From contig JAUNGN010000011.1 of assembly GCA_030524425.1 (NCBI GenBank), positions 1,321 through 65,320 of the forward strand: 64,000 nt of DNA, in the 5' to 3' direction. This DNA is from Clostridia bacterium (GTDB lineage Bacteria > Bacillota > Clostridia > Lachnospirales > CAG-274). The stretch's first letter is position 1, and every line of letters starts with the position of its first letter. The notes under the pieces were generated by a model. The model was not told the DNA's origin. It ran no database searches and was given only the letters and a program-made list of their open reading frames with translations. Positions 1 through 9,950 of this stretch are shown one piece after another. The position numbers and the translations under genes were made by a program.

Positions 1-487
1 CGCCGTGGGCACCTGCTGCGTCAGCAGTTCTTATTATTGCACCTAAATTGTGAGGGTCAGTTACTTCATCACATAAAATAATGAATGGATCCTCACCCTT
101 ATTTCTTGCATTTTCAATGATATCACTTAGTTCACAGTATTCGTGGGCAGGGCAAAGGGCAATAACTCCCTGGTTGTTGTTGCTCTTTGAAATAAGTGCC
201 ATTTTTTCCTTGTCTGCTTCCTGAACAATGATACCCTTTTCTCTGGCTTTTGCAACTATTACTTTTAGTGTACCCTCAATTCCGCCTTTTTTTACAATAA
301 TTTTGTCAATAGGCTTATCATGATTTAATGCCTCTAAAACCGGATTTCTGCCTTCAAGCTGTAAGCCTTCCTCAAAAGCTGAGTTGTCCTCATATTTCTG
401 TGCTCTGCTGTCACGAGGTCTGAAATTTCGTTTTTCGGGACGTTTATCTGACTTCATTTTGCTTCTTCTGTTGTCTTGTCTTTTCAT
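1..487 (-). CDS. rlmB: 23S rRNA (guanosine-2'-O)-methyltransferase, RlmB/TrmH(SpoU) family; N-terminal part only, the 3' end lies beyond the window edge
   Basis: My own translation of the minus strand from ATG 487 gives MKRQDNRRSKMKSDKRPEKRNF...LEGRNPVLEALN...DEVTDPHNLGAIIRTADAAGAHG. A GGAGA RBS lies upstream. Gene order cysE-cysS-mrnC-rlmB matches B. subtilis. It is absent from the ORF track because no stop falls in the window. Confidence 0.85.
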   Translation of the reverse strand, partial: MKRQDNRRSKMKSDKRPEKRNFRPRDSRAQKYEDNSAFEEGLQLEGRNPVLEALNHDKPIDKIIVKKGGIEGTLKVIVAKAREKGIIVQEADKEKMALISKSNNNQGVIALCPAHEYCELSDIIENARNKGEDPFIILCDEVTDPHNLGAIIRTADAAGAHG

Positions 488-499
488 ATTTTTCTCCTC

Positions 500-901
500 T
501 CAGACGGATATTTCTTTCAAACCGATATTATATAACTCCTCAATTCTGTCATATTCGCCTTTTAAATAAAGATAGCCGAAAAGTGCCTCCACACCCGTGG
601 CACGTCTGTAGTCCACTATAGACTGATTTTTTGCTGAAGTGTGGCTTTTGGCATTTCTTCCTCTTTTAAGTACGCCAAGCTCGTCTTCTGTCAGTTTACC
701 CTCTATGGCTGAATACATCTTTGACTGTGATGTGGCATTTACAATAGACTTTGCTTTTTTATGCATTGTATTTACGGGTGCATTACCCTCTGCAACTATC
801 ATACCTCTTGTAAGCAAATCAAATATCGTATCTCCAATAAAGGCAAGAGCAAGAGAATTAAGGGTTTTAGGGTCAGCATTTATGTTTTTAAATATCTCCA
901 T
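500..901 (-). CDS. mrnC: Mini-ribonuclease 3 (Mini-III / YazC)
   Basis: ORF 500..949 carries the LALAFIGDTIFDL RNase III-like signature. I prefer ATG 901 (MEIFKNINADPK...), which follows AGGAG and lies downstream of the cysS stop at 909. Position after cysS is conserved. Confidence 0.85.
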   Translation of the reverse strand: MEIFKNINADPKTLNSLALAFIGDTIFDLLTRGMIVAEGNAPVNTMHKKAKSIVNATSQSKMYSAIEGKLTEDELGVLKRGRNAKSHTSAKNQSIVDYRRATGVEALFGYLYLKGEYDRIEELYNIGLKEISV

Positions 902-908
902 ATTTCTC

Positions 909-2312
909 CTATTTATAAGACCAGCGAACTCCTGCTCTTGTGTCTTCAATTACTACGCCCTTGCTGCTTAATTCTTCTCTTATGGCATCAGCTCTTGCAA
1001 AATCCTTTGCCTTTTTGGCTGCTGTTCTTTCTGCAATAAGTGCTTCAACTTCATTTGCTGAAATTTGCTCATCTTTAGCTTCTTCAATAGGCTTAATACC
1101 AAGTATATCACAGAGAGTAAGCATTTTTTCTCTGATGGCGGTTACAAAATCCTTTGAGGAGTTTTCTGATACATTTACATTTGCAAACTTGGCAATTTCA
1201 AAAATGGCAGTTACTGCATCAGCTGTGTTAAAGTCATCATCCATTGCCTTTTCAAACTGCACTCTGAATTTGTCAGCATCTTCATTAAGCTTTGCCTCAT
1301 CTTCTGTCATTGTGCCCTGAGCCTTGCTTTCCATAAATAAAAGTGACTTGTAAGCATTTTTAATTCTGTCAAGGCCTGCACCTGCTGATTCCATTAATTC
1401 CTTTGAGAAGTTAATGGGGCTTCTGTAATGACCGCTTAAAATAAAGAATCTTACTACGTCATAAGGAATATGCTCGACAATTTCTCTAAGTGTAAAGAAA
1501 TTGCCTAAAGATTTGCTCATTTTTTTATTATCTACATTTATAAAGCCATTGTGCAGCCAATATTTGGCAAATGGCTTTCCGTTAGCCGCTTCCGACTGTG
1601 CAATCTCATTTTCGTGGTGAGGGAAAACAAGATCCTCACCGCCTGCGTGTATGTCAATAGTATCGCCTAAGTATTTCTTAGCCATTACCGAACACTCAAT
1701 ATGCCAGCCCGGTCTGCCCTGACTCCATGGTGACTCCCAATAAGGCTCACCTTCTTTTTTAGGCTTCCAAAGAACAAAGTCCATAGGACTTTTCTTTGTT
1801 TCATCTACAGCAATTCTGGCACCGGCCTCAAGGTCGTCAATATTTTTGCCTGAAAGTTTGCCGTAATCGGCAAAGGATTTTGTGTCATAAAATACACTGC
1901 CGTTTACTTCGTAAGCATGCCCTTTGTCAATAAGGGTCTGTATCATTTCAATAATGCCGTCCATTTCCTCCGTTACCTTTGGATTTTTGGTTGCAGGCTC
2001 AACATTAAGACCTTCGGCATCCTTTTTGGCTTCTTCAATATATCTTTCTGAAATTACCTTTGAGTCTACACCTTCGGTTATTGCCTTTTTTATAATTTTG
2101 TCATCTACATCAGTAAAATTCTGAACATAGTTTACCTCATAACCCTTATATTCCATATATCTTCTTATTGTATCAAATATAACATAAGGTCTTGCATTTC
2201 CGATATGGATATAATCATATACGGTAGGACCGCATACATACATCTTTACTTTTCCCGGTTCAAGAGGTACAAACTCTTCTTTTTGCCTTGTTAATGTGTT
2301 ATAAACTTTCAT
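909..2312 (-). CDS. cysS: Cysteine--tRNA ligase
   Basis: 467 aa with class I aaRS motifs HIGN ([10 protein letters not shown]) and KMSKS (KKMSKSLGN). A GWHIECS zinc/cysteine-site motif is also present. Confidence 0.97.
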   Translation of the reverse strand: MKVYNTLTRQKEEFVPLEPGKVKMYVCGPTVYDYIHIGNARPYVIFDTIRRYMEYKGYEVNYVQNFTDVDDKIIKKAITEGVDSKVISERYIEEAKKDAEGLNVEPATKNPKVTEEMDGIIEMIQTLIDKGHAYEVNGSVFYDTKSFADYGKLSGKNIDDLEAGARIAVDETKKSPMDFVLWKPKKEGEPYWESPWSQGRPGWHIECSVMAKKYLGDTIDIHAGGEDLVFPHHENEIAQSEAANGKPFAKYWLHNGFINVDNKKMSKSLGNFFTLREIVEHIPYDVVRFFILSGHYRSPINFSKELMESAGAGLDRIKNAYKSLLFMESKAQGTMTEDEAKLNEDADKFRVQFEKAMDDDFNTADAVTAIFEIAKFANVNVSENSSKDFVTAIREKMLTLCDILGIKPIEEAKDEQISANEVEALIAERTAAKKAKDFARADAIREELSSKGVVIEDTRAGVRWSYK

Positions 2313-3010
2313 TGGCTTTCTCCTTTCTCTTTCTTTAATTCTTCTATTTCATTCTGCATTTTACTAAGCTGTATTCGTAATTTACATATTTCCATTTCAA
2401 CAGGGTCAGGCAGTTTAATTTGGTCAAGAGTATCTGAGGGACTTGCCAGATTGTTTCTGTCAACTGTTCTGCCGGGGATACCGACAACAGTGGAATAAGG
2501 CGGTATATCCTGTAATACTACGGAACCTGCGCCAATTTTGCTGTCATGACCTATTGTAATAGGTCCAAGAACTTTTGCTCCTGAGCCTACCATTACATTA
2601 CTTTCTATTGTAGGGTGGCGTTTGCCGATGTCTTTGCCTGTACCTCCAAGGGTTACATTCTGATAAATAAGAACATTATCGCCTATTTCACAGGTTTCAC
2701 CTATAACAACTCCCATACCATGGTCAATAAACACACCATGACCTATTGCAGCTCCCGGATGAATTTCTATGCCTGTGAGCCATCTTGATAACTGGGATAT
2801 AAGTCTTGCTAAAAAAAACAAGTGAACTTTATAAAGGCGATGGGCAATTTTATGTGATATCATTGCCCAAAAGCTTGAATATAGTATAACCTCAATACTG
2901 CTTTTAATTGCAGGGTCTTTTCTTTTGACGGTTTCTACTTCTTTCCTTACACCAAAGAATATTCCTATAAGTATAAGAAATATTACAAGCATAATTATAA
3001 AGGCTTTCAT
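2309..3010 (-). CDS. cysE: Serine O-acetyltransferase
   Basis: Contains DPA...HRLYK...GIEIHPGAAIG and left-handed hexapeptide repeats, with a LPDPVEMEI...coiled C-tail as in B. subtilis CysE. Start ATG 3010 is preceded by GGAGTGAG. The stop overlaps the cysS start. Confidence 0.92.
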   Translation of the reverse strand: MKAFIIMLVIFLILIGIFFGVRKEVETVKRKDPAIKSSIEVILYSSFWAMISHKIAHRLYKVHLFFLARLISQLSRWLTGIEIHPGAAIGHGVFIDHGMGVVIGETCEIGDNVLIYQNVTLGGTGKDIGKRHPTIESNVMVGSGAKVLGPITIGHDSKIGAGSVVLQDIPPYSTVVGIPGRTVDRNNLASPSDTLDQIKLPDPVEMEICKLRIQLSKMQNEIEELKKEKGESQ

Positions 3011-3026
3011 ATACTCACTCCAATTA

Positions 3027-3265
3027 CAAAAAAATAAAGCCACCCTCTTATAGAGACGATGACTCGTGGTTCCACTCTAATTCCGTAAAAAACGGCACTT
3101 CATAACCTTTAACGCAGTTACACGGAGCAGACTACTGATATTTCACCTGCCCGGCTCGGAAATGCACTTCATCAATACTTGCCTTAGAGCACTCACAGCT
3201 TTTTATGCTCCTCTCTGAAAGGTTTGTATAGATTACTCTTTTCGTCGCAGCCTTTTTAATATACT
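3027..3265 (-). promoter_or_regulatory. T-box leader (tRNA-sensing riboswitch) of the cysE-cysS operon; probable Cys (UGC) specifier
   Basis: On the minus strand I read an AGAGAGGAGC AG-bay-like box, a GCUGUGAG distal motif and GAAGUGCA (UGC followed by A, + coords 3166-3163). A stem III GCCGU-UUUUU-ACGG follows. The T-box sequence AAUUAGAGUGGAACCACGAG lies at + coords 3064-3082. It ends with a GGGUGGCUUUAUUUUUU terminator tail just before the cysE RBS. Confidence 0.85.
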
Positions 3266-3269
3266 ATGT

Positions 3270-3298
3270 ATTTTATACTTAAAAGGTGAAAATGTCAA
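3270..3298 (-). promoter_or_regulatory. SigmaA-like promoter for the T-box-cysE-cysS transcript
   Basis: Minus strand reads TTGACA (3298-3293), a 17-nt spacer, then TAAAAT (3275-3270). Confidence 0.6.
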
Positions 3299-3353
3299 GT
3301 TAAATTACTGTTTATTTCACCCAAGGCAAATAAACAGCAGTTTTGATTACAAG

Positions 3354-3384
3354 AAAGACGTGAGTATTAAAACCTCACGTCTTT
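3354..3384 (-). terminator. Hairpin after ispF (weak U-tract)
   Basis: 11-bp inverted repeat AAAGACGTGAG / CTCACGTCTTT with a 9-nt loop, directly after the ispF stop. Confidence 0.5.
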
Positions 3385-3387
3385 AGA

Positions 3388-3864
3388 TTACATTTCTATA
3401 AGACACACAGCCTTAGAAGAAATACCTTCACCGCTGCCCGTAAAGCCAAGCTCTTCTTCGGTAGTTGCCTTAACATTTATATCATCAGCATTCATATTAA
3501 GTGCTTTGGCTATATTTTTCTCCATATCTGCAATATATGGCCTCATTTTTGGTTTTTGCGCCACAATTATTGAATCAATATTTATTATATTAATATTTTT
3601 TTTATCCATTTCTTCTTTAACGTATTTTAAAAGTGTAATGCTTGAAATATCTTTGTACTTAGGGTCTGTATCGGGGAAAAGCACACCGATATCACCAAGC
3701 TTTGATGCACCTAAAAGTGCATCCATAATAGCATGAATAAGTACATCTGCATCTGAATGTCCAAGAAGACCCTTTTCATAAGGTATTTCAACTCCGCCTA
3801 AAATCAATTTCCTGTTTTCTGTTAATTTGTGAACATCATATCCTAATCCAACTCTCATTTTCAT
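3388..3864 (-). CDS. ispF: 2-C-methyl-D-erythritol 2,4-cyclodiphosphate synthase
   Basis: Begins [12 protein letters not shown] and contains [19 protein letters not shown], the typical IspF metal-site motifs. About 158 aa. Confidence 0.95.
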   Translation of the reverse strand: MKMRVGLGYDVHKLTENRKLILGGVEIPYEKGLLGHSDADVLIHAIMDALLGASKLGDIGVLFPDTDPKYKDISSITLLKYVKEEMDKKNINIINIDSIIVAQKPKMRPYIADMEKNIAKALNMNADDINVKATTEEELGFTGSGEGISSKAVCLIEM

Positions 3865-3912
3865 ATTTAGTCCTCCAAACTGTTTTTTTAGCTGTCCTTA
3901 TTTGAAGATATT

Positions 3913-4221
3913 TTATAAAATATCTTCAATATCAAATTGACCGTTAATGTTTGACTTATCATCATTTAAGGCAAAACCTGCAATTCTTGCAAGCTCCTTA
4001 ATTGTATTTAAGGAAACCTTTTTACCTCTGTATTCAATGAGGTTGTCCATTTCACCTGTAAATATGTCGGCAGGTGCATATTTTTTAAGTACAATCATGT
4101 CATTGTTTGTAAATATTTCGACAGCATCGCCTTCTTTTAAATTAAACTGAGCTCTTAGTTCACTGGGAAGTACCATTCTCCCCAATGCATCGATTTTCCT
4201 TACAATGCCTGTAGATTTCAT
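3913..4221 (-). CDS. abrB: AbrB/MazE/SpoVT-family transition-state regulator (AbrB-like)
   Basis: N-terminus MKSTGIVRKIDALGRMVLPSELR is the AbrB swapped-hairpin DNA-binding motif. 102 aa. A TTGACA-17-TAATAT promoter lies upstream on the minus strand (-35 at 4275..4280). Confidence 0.85.
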   Translation of the reverse strand: MKSTGIVRKIDALGRMVLPSELRAQFNLKEGDAVEIFTNNDMIVLKKYAPADIFTGEMDNLIEYRGKKVSLNTIKELARIAGFALNDDKSNINGQFDIEDIL

Positions 4222-4509
4222 TCAATTCCTCCCTTGTTTAGTCTTGTATTTATATTAACAAATTTGGAAAAAATTGTCAATATTGGTAATAAAAATGTAA
4301 TATAGTGTAATTATACATTTTTTGACAAAAAATTGCAATAAAATTTATAAACTGACTTTTTGGAATAACAAATTAGTTTATTATAAATTGATTTGAATTT
4401 ACAATATATAGGGAGAAGATTTAAACATTGCTATTATATAATTTATGTATTAAAATAAGTATATGAAAAAAATAATTAAGTTATATATAAATTTGCGGGG
4501 GCTGAATAT

Positions 4510-5346
4510 ATGATATATACATTTACTTTAAATCCGGGTCTTGATTATATAATGGAAATTGATGATATTGAGACCGGCAGAATTAACAGGAGCAGGTCTG
4601 AAACTCTTAAGGCAGGAGGAAAGGGCATAAATGTCACAAAGGCGCTTAAAGAGCTTGGAATTGAAAGTATGGCTTGTGGCTTTGAGGCAGGTACGGTTGG
4701 CAGAGCTATTTTGGAGGAGCTTAATAAAAATGAAATCAGTCACAATTTTATTGAGGTTAAAGGCTGTTCAAGAATAAATGTTAAGCTTAAATGTAAAAAA
4801 GAAACGGCTATTAACGGCAGAGGATGTATGGCATCTGTTGAGGATATTGATAAATTATGCCTGAAAATTAAAAGTACGGATAATGATTATATTGTATTGT
4901 CAGGTTCGGTTTGCAGAGGAATCGGCGACAATAGTTATGCTTATATTATGAAAAAGGTTAAGGGCAGGTTTATAGTGGATGCTTCAGGGGATTTACTTAC
5001 AAATACTCTTAAATATAAGCCTTTTTTAATTAAGCCTAACCATATTGAGCTTGGTGAAATATTTAACCGTGAAATTGCATGTTTTAAAGATGGCATTTAT
5101 TACGGCAAAAGGCTTTGGGAAATGGGAGCTCAAAATGTAATTGTATCTATGGGGAAAATGGGAGCTGTATTTGTAAACGGCAGTGAAGAATATATAATCA
5201 GGTCTGAAAGCGTTGATGCTGAAAATACTGTTGGTGCAGGTGATACCATGGTGGCAGGATTTTTGTATAAATATATCAGCGGAGAAGGCTATAGAGAAAG
5301 TCTGCAGTTTGCGGTCAGACTGGCAGAGGATTACTTAAAGAAATAA
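4510..5346 (+). CDS. PfkB-family sugar-phosphate kinase (1-phosphofructokinase / tagatose-6-phosphate kinase type)
   Basis: Begins MIYTFTLNPGLDY, with GGKGINV and a C-terminal GAGDTMVAGF motif. No fruA or fruR is adjacent. At 278 aa it is slightly short at the C-terminus for the family. Confidence 0.8.
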   Translation: MIYTFTLNPGLDYIMEIDDIETGRINRSRSETLKAGGKGINVTKALKELGIESMACGFEAGTVGRAILEELNKNEISHNFIEVKGCSRINVKLKCKKETAINGRGCMASVEDIDKLCLKIKSTDNDYIVLSGSVCRGIGDNSYAYIMKKVKGRFIVDASGDLLTNTLKYKPFLIKPNHIELGEIFNREIACFKDGIYYGKRLWEMGAQNVIVSMGKMGAVFVNGSEEYIIRSESVDAENTVGAGDTMVAGFLYKYISGEGYRESLQFAVRLAEDYLKK

Positions 5347-5531
5347 TTTGATATTTAGATTGGAATACGTTTTTTATGTGATTTTTATTGGCTTTGTTGA
5401 AGGGCGTTTGTTTTAATTGTAATATTGCAGTTGGTTTGTATCTTAAACAGGTCTACACAAATTCAGCAAAATATGGTATTATTATATTAATAATATACTA
5501 AAATATATTTATAATATCAGGAGGTAAAAAA

Positions 5532-6152
5532 ATGAAGGTTTTATTATTTAATGGCAGTCCAAAGGCTAAAGGGTGTACATACACAGCACTTAGTGAAGCA
5601 GCAAAGGCTCTGGAGGAAAACGGAGTTAATTCGGAAATTATTCATGTGGGAGGAAATATTGCAGCAGGCTGTAAAGGATGCGGTTTTTGTGCAAAGAACG
5701 GCAAATGTGTGACTAATGATGTTTTAAATGAAATTATTGATAAGGTAAAGGAAGCTGACGGCTATGTATTTGGTTCACCTGTTCACTATGCAAGTGCAAG
5801 CGGTGACATTACTTCCTTTATGGACAGATTGTTTTACAGCTGCGGCGGAGCAATGGCATATAAGCCCGGCTGTGTTGTCTGTTCATGCAGAAGAGGCGGT
5901 GCAACTGCCGCTCTTGACCAGCTTAGCAAGCACCTTGCTTTTAACAATATGCCTGTTGTATCATCAAATTACTGGAATATGGTCCACGGCAACACACCTG
6001 ATGAAATAGTACAGGATGAGGAAGGTATGCAGACTATGAGAGTATTGGGCAGAAATATGGCTTGGCTTCTTAAATGCATTGAGGCAGGTAAGGCTAATGG
6101 TGTGGCTGAGCCTGAAAAGGAAACTAAAATTAAAACCAATTACATAAGATAA
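5532..6152 (+). CDS. Flavodoxin-fold NAD(P)H-dependent FMN reductase / iron-sulfur flavoprotein (Isf-like)
   Basis: Begins MKVLLFNGSPKAKGCTY. A compact Cys motif CKGCGFCAKNGKC (CxxCxxCx5C) is typical of Isf proteins. A GSPVHYAS flavin-site motif is present. Confidence 0.75.
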   Translation: MKVLLFNGSPKAKGCTYTALSEAAKALEENGVNSEIIHVGGNIAAGCKGCGFCAKNGKCVTNDVLNEIIDKVKEADGYVFGSPVHYASASGDITSFMDRLFYSCGGAMAYKPGCVVCSCRRGGATAALDQLSKHLAFNNMPVVSSNYWNMVHGNTPDEIVQDEEGMQTMRVLGRNMAWLLKCIEAGKANGVAEPEKETKIKTNYIR

Positions 6153-6216
6153 TCAGTAACAAAACCCTGCCCGGTTTTATATTATAAAGTATATAATTGG
6201 GTGGGGTGTAATATTA

Positions 6217-6459
6217 ATGAGCAAAATAAGATTTCTGTCTGATTTAACATTGGGTGAATCAGGCAGAATTTTTAAAATAGAGGAATGCAGTTTAAAACAG
6301 CGACTGACAGAGCTTGGCTTTACTCCTGATACAAAAATTGCCGTTCTTCATAAAAATATGGGCGGGAGTGCCTATGCTTATTATGTTAAGGGCACGGTTA
6401 TAGCTTTGCGTACAGAGGACAGCAGGAATATACTTGTTAAGGAGGACTATTATGTATGA
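6217..6459 (+). CDS. feoA: Ferrous iron transport protein A (FeoA domain)
   Basis: 80 aa and SH3-like (LSDLTLGESGRIFKI...LGFTPDTKIAV), immediately upstream of and overlapping feoB. Confidence 0.85.
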   Translation: MSKIRFLSDLTLGESGRIFKIEECSLKQRLTELGFTPDTKIAVLHKNMGGSAYAYYVKGTVIALRTEDSRNILVKEDYYV

Positions 6460-8227
6460 CAAAACAGTTGTACTTGTAGGAAATCCAAATACAGGCAAAA
6501 GCACAATATTTAACGCCCTAACCGGCAGCCATCAGCATACAGGCAACTGGTCAGGCAAAACTGTAGGCAATGCGGCAGGCTTTATGGAGTATAAAGGTAC
6601 TAAATATGAAATTATAGATCTGCCCGGTATTTATTCCACAAATCCTGTTTCTGCCGATGAAAAATGTGCTATGGACTGTATTAAGTCGGGATTGGCTGAT
6701 ATCATAGTTATTGTACTTGATGCTACCTGTCTTGAAAGAAATTTAATACTTGCGCTGGAGCTTTCACGTCTTTGCTGTAATGTTATTGTTTGTGTAAATT
6801 TAATGGATGAGGCTAAGAAAAAAGGTATTACGGTAGATACACAAAAACTTAGTGAGCTGTTAAATCTTACCGTTGTTGCAGCTTCAGCAAGAAAGGGTAT
6901 AGGTCTTGAGGAGCTTAAAAAAGAAATTCATTCTCATAATACTACTTGTCAAAAATGCGAATGTAGTGTAGAGTATATATATGAAAGCTGTGTTGAAAAC
7001 AACTGCAATATTTTTAATAACAGGGACAGAAAAATTGACAGAATAGTAACAGGCAGAATTTGGGGCATACCTATAATGGCGGTACTCCTTTGCTTAATAC
7101 TTTGGCTTACTATTGTAGGCACAAATTATCCTTCAGCATATTTGAGTTCTGTTTTTTATAATGTTGAAGATTATCTTATGGATTTGTTTAAGGATTATCC
7201 CATTATCAGAGGACTTTTTGTTGAGGGTATTTTCAGAACCTTAAGCTGGGTAGTGGCTGTTATGCTGCCTCCCATGGCTATATTTTTCCCTCTGTTTACT
7301 ATTCTTGAGGATTTGGGATATTTGCCAAGAATTGCATTTAATGCTGATAAGCTTTTTAAAAAGGTGAATGCTCACAGCAAAATGGTTTTGACTATGTGTA
7401 TGGGCTTTGGCTGTAATGCCGTAGGCGTTGTGTCTACAAGAATAATTGAGTCAAAAAAAGAAAGGCTTATTGCAATACTGACTAATAATTTTGTGCCGTG
7501 CAACGGTCGTTTTGCAGGACTTATTATGCTTGCCTCTGTTTTTATTGCAAGCGGTGCTTTCAGCAGCCTTAAAGTAACATTGACGGTGGCAGCGGCAATT
7601 ATGAGTGGTGTTGTTGTTACATTGGCAATGTCTTATATATTGAGTAAAACATTACTGAAGGGAGAAAAATCATCCTTTATACTTGAGATGCCGCCATACA
7701 GACAGCCTCAGATTAAAAGTATTATTGAAAGGTCAATAAGAGAGCGAATACTTTATGTTTTGGGAAGGGCAGTTGTTGTGGCAGCTCCTGCAGGTGCTGT
7801 TATATGGCTTATGCAGAATATAACTGTGGGGGATATTAGCTTAATAGCTTATATTGCCGGCTTTTTAGACCCCTTTGCAGGGTTAATGGGGCTTGACGGA
7901 TATATATTGACTGCTTTTATACTTGGTATGCCTGCAAATGAAATTGTTTTGCCTATTGTTATTATGTGTTATACAGGCAGCAGCGGGCTTATTGAATTTG
8001 AAAATTTATCGGAGCTTGGTGAATTGTTAAGGAATAATGGCTGGACATATATAACTGCTGTTTGTACTATGCTGTTTTCAATAAATCATTTTCCCTGCAC
8101 TACAACTCTGCTTACAATAAAAAAGGAAACTAAAAGTTTGAAATGGACAATTGCGGCCTTTTTAATACCTACAGTAACGGGAATAGTTATGTGTATGGCT
8201 GTTAATTTTATACTAAGGCTGATTTAA
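6452..8227 (+). CDS. feoB: Ferrous iron transporter FeoB
   Basis: G-domain motifs VLVGNPNTGKSTIFNALTG, DLPG and NLMD, followed by a polytopic membrane domain. I prefer ATG 6452 (MYDKTVV...), 6 nt after the AAGGAGGA RBS. The ORF track starts at 6434. Confidence 0.93.
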   Translation: MYDKTVVLVGNPNTGKSTIFNALTGSHQHTGNWSGKTVGNAAGFMEYKGTKYEIIDLPGIYSTNPVSADEKCAMDCIKSGLADIIVIVLDATCLERNLILALELSRLCCNVIVCVNLMDEAKKKGITVDTQKLSELLNLTVVAASARKGIGLEELKKEIHSHNTTCQKCECSVEYIYESCVENNCNIFNNRDRKIDRIVTGRIWGIPIMAVLLCLILWLTIVGTNYPSAYLSSVFYNVEDYLMDLFKDYPIIRGLFVEGIFRTLSWVVAVMLPPMAIFFPLFTILEDLGYLPRIAFNADKLFKKVNAHSKMVLTMCMGFGCNAVGVVSTRIIESKKERLIAILTNNFVPCNGRFAGLIMLASVFIASGAFSSLKVTLTVAAAIMSGVVVTLAMSYILSKTLLKGEKSSFILEMPPYRQPQIKSIIERSIRERILYVLGRAVVVAAPAGAVIWLMQNITVGDISLIAYIAGFLDPFAGLMGLDGYILTAFILGMPANEIVLPIVIMCYTGSSGLIEFENLSELGELLRNNGWTYITAVCTMLFSINHFPCTTTLLTIKKETKSLKWTIAAFLIPTVTGIVMCMAVNFILRLI

Positions 8228-8240
8228 TAAAGGAGAAAAT

Positions 8241-9614
8241 ATGAGTAAGAAATATTTGGACAGTGAATTTACAATTACGGATATTGAATTTCCAAACAAG
8301 GGAATAGGTATCTGGGAGGATAAAAGGGTAAGTGTTAAAAATACTATACCGGGACAGAGAGTTATAGCTGATATTAAGAAAAAGAGAAAGCAGTACGAAG
8401 GCAGACTTAGAAAAATAGCAGAAAAAGCAGATTATGAAATTGAACCTGAATGTACAGCCTTCGGCAAATGCGGAGGCTGTACTTATCAGAATATAAGCTA
8501 TGAAAAAGAGCTTGAAATAAAGAAGAAAATGGTTATTGACCTTCTTAATAAGGCAGGAATTAAGGATTATGAGTTTATGGGTATAAAGGCAAGCCCTGAT
8601 ACTCATTGTTACAGAAATAAAATGGAGTTCAGCTTTGGCGATAATGGTGCGGAGGGTGAGCTTTGTCTTGGTATGAGGAAAAGGGAAAGCAATTATGAGG
8701 TTGTAAATGCTGACTGTTGTCAGATTGTAAACCCTGATATAAGAAAGGTTTTAAGCTGTGTTCTGGAATTTTTTAGAGAAACAGGCGAGAAGTTTTATCA
8801 TAGACTTAGACATACGGGAACATTAAGACATCTTCTTGTAAGGAGAGGGCACTTTTCAAAGGAAATACTTATTAATATTGTTACAACGTCTGAGCTTGCC
8901 GTTAATATTGAGCCTTTGAAGGACAGGCTTTTGGCTCTTGAGCTTGAGGGAGAAATTAAGGGGATAAGCCATATTATAAATGATGGCGTTGCTGATGTTG
9001 TGAAGGCTGATGAAATAAGGCTTTTGTATGGTCAGGATTATTTTAATGAAAGCCTTTTGGGATTGAATTTTAAAATTTCCACATTTTCATTTTTTCAGAC
9101 TAATTCGGCAGGCGCTGAGGTTCTTTATTCTACGGTAAGAGATTTTGCGGGATATGATAAGAATAATGTTATTTTTGACCTTTACTGCGGTACAGGCACT
9201 ATTACTCAGCTTATGAGCCCTGTTGCCGATAAGGTGATAGGTATTGAAATTGTTGAGGAGGCTGTTGAGGCTGCAAAGGGAAATGCGGAGCTTAATGGTA
9301 TTGAGAATTGTGAATTTATTGCCGGTGACGTGCTTAATATGGTGGATGAACTTAATGACAAGCCTGACCTTATTATACTTGACCCGCCAAGGGAGGGTAT
9401 AAATCCTAAGGCAATAATGAAGATAATTAATTTTGATGCGGACAGACTTGTGTATGTCAGCTGTAAGGCAAGTTCTCTGGCTAAGGATTTGGTTGTGTTT
9501 GAGGAGAATGGGTATAAGGTGGAGAAGGTGTGCTGTGTGGATATGTTTCCGAGGACGTATCACGTAGAAACGGTAGTACTATTAAACAAAGTAAACAAGC
9601 TAAATAGGGTATAA
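8241..9614 (+). CDS. 23S rRNA (uracil-C5)-methyltransferase, RlmD/RumA (TrmA) family
   Basis: N-terminal TRAM-like region and an Fe-S Cys cluster (CTAFGKCGGCTYQ). SAM fold motifs DLYCGTGT and ILDPPREG are present. The catalytic SCKASSL Cys region and a C-terminal HVETVVLL complete the match. Confidence 0.9.
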   Translation: MSKKYLDSEFTITDIEFPNKGIGIWEDKRVSVKNTIPGQRVIADIKKKRKQYEGRLRKIAEKADYEIEPECTAFGKCGGCTYQNISYEKELEIKKKMVIDLLNKAGIKDYEFMGIKASPDTHCYRNKMEFSFGDNGAEGELCLGMRKRESNYEVVNADCCQIVNPDIRKVLSCVLEFFRETGEKFYHRLRHTGTLRHLLVRRGHFSKEILINIVTTSELAVNIEPLKDRLLALELEGEIKGISHIINDGVADVVKADEIRLLYGQDYFNESLLGLNFKISTFSFFQTNSAGAEVLYSTVRDFAGYDKNNVIFDLYCGTGTITQLMSPVADKVIGIEIVEEAVEAAKGNAELNGIENCEFIAGDVLNMVDELNDKPDLIILDPPREGINPKAIMKIINFDADRLVYVSCKASSLAKDLVVFEENGYKVEKVCCVDMFPRTYHVETVVLLNKVNKLNRV

Positions 9615-9634
9615 AAATGAATTAAAAATAATTT

Positions 9635-9688
9635 GTTTTCCCACTATTTTCCCGCTAAATTTTGTTTTAGTGGGAAAACTTTTATATT
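9635..9688 (+). terminator. Rho-independent terminator of the rlmD-family gene
   Basis: 12-bp perfect inverted repeat GTTTTCCCACTA / TAGTGGGAAAAC (9635-9646 / 9668-9679) followed by TTTTATATT. Confidence 0.7.
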
Positions 9689-9950
9689 AGGAATTTTTTG
9701 ATGAAAAAGACAGGAGAACCGTCTCCTTGTCTTACTTGGCAGAAGGTACAGTCTTATACTTGGGAAAGTGTGTCACAAAGCGTAAGCGGCATGATTCTTG
9801 GCGGACTTGATGATGACTTTGATTAAAAATGTGCAAAATGCCCCAAATTGTAAAACACTATTTACTTTATCAATTTAATATGATAAAATTAAAAACACGG
9901 TTTAAATTGACTATACTATACAGCTTTTATATTGTCAGGAGGTATTTATT

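Noticed and set aside
4222-4509. Spo0A boxes (TGTCGAA) in the abrB upstream region.
   Set aside because: Only TGTCAA-type near-matches are present, and one of them is the -35 itself. This is not enough to call 0A boxes.
8208-9563. Antisense ORFs 8208..8606 (132 aa) and 9087..9563 (158 aa) opposite the rlmD-family gene. Many similar 60-120-aa antisense ORFs occur in the track (e.g. 639..971, 940..1320, 15065..15540, 21741..21980, 33368..33685, 34001..34696, 51381..51701).
   Set aside because: They lie fully inside well-supported genes on the other strand. They lack RBSs and have I/K/L/N/S/F-biased composition typical of antisense frames in AT-rich DNA.
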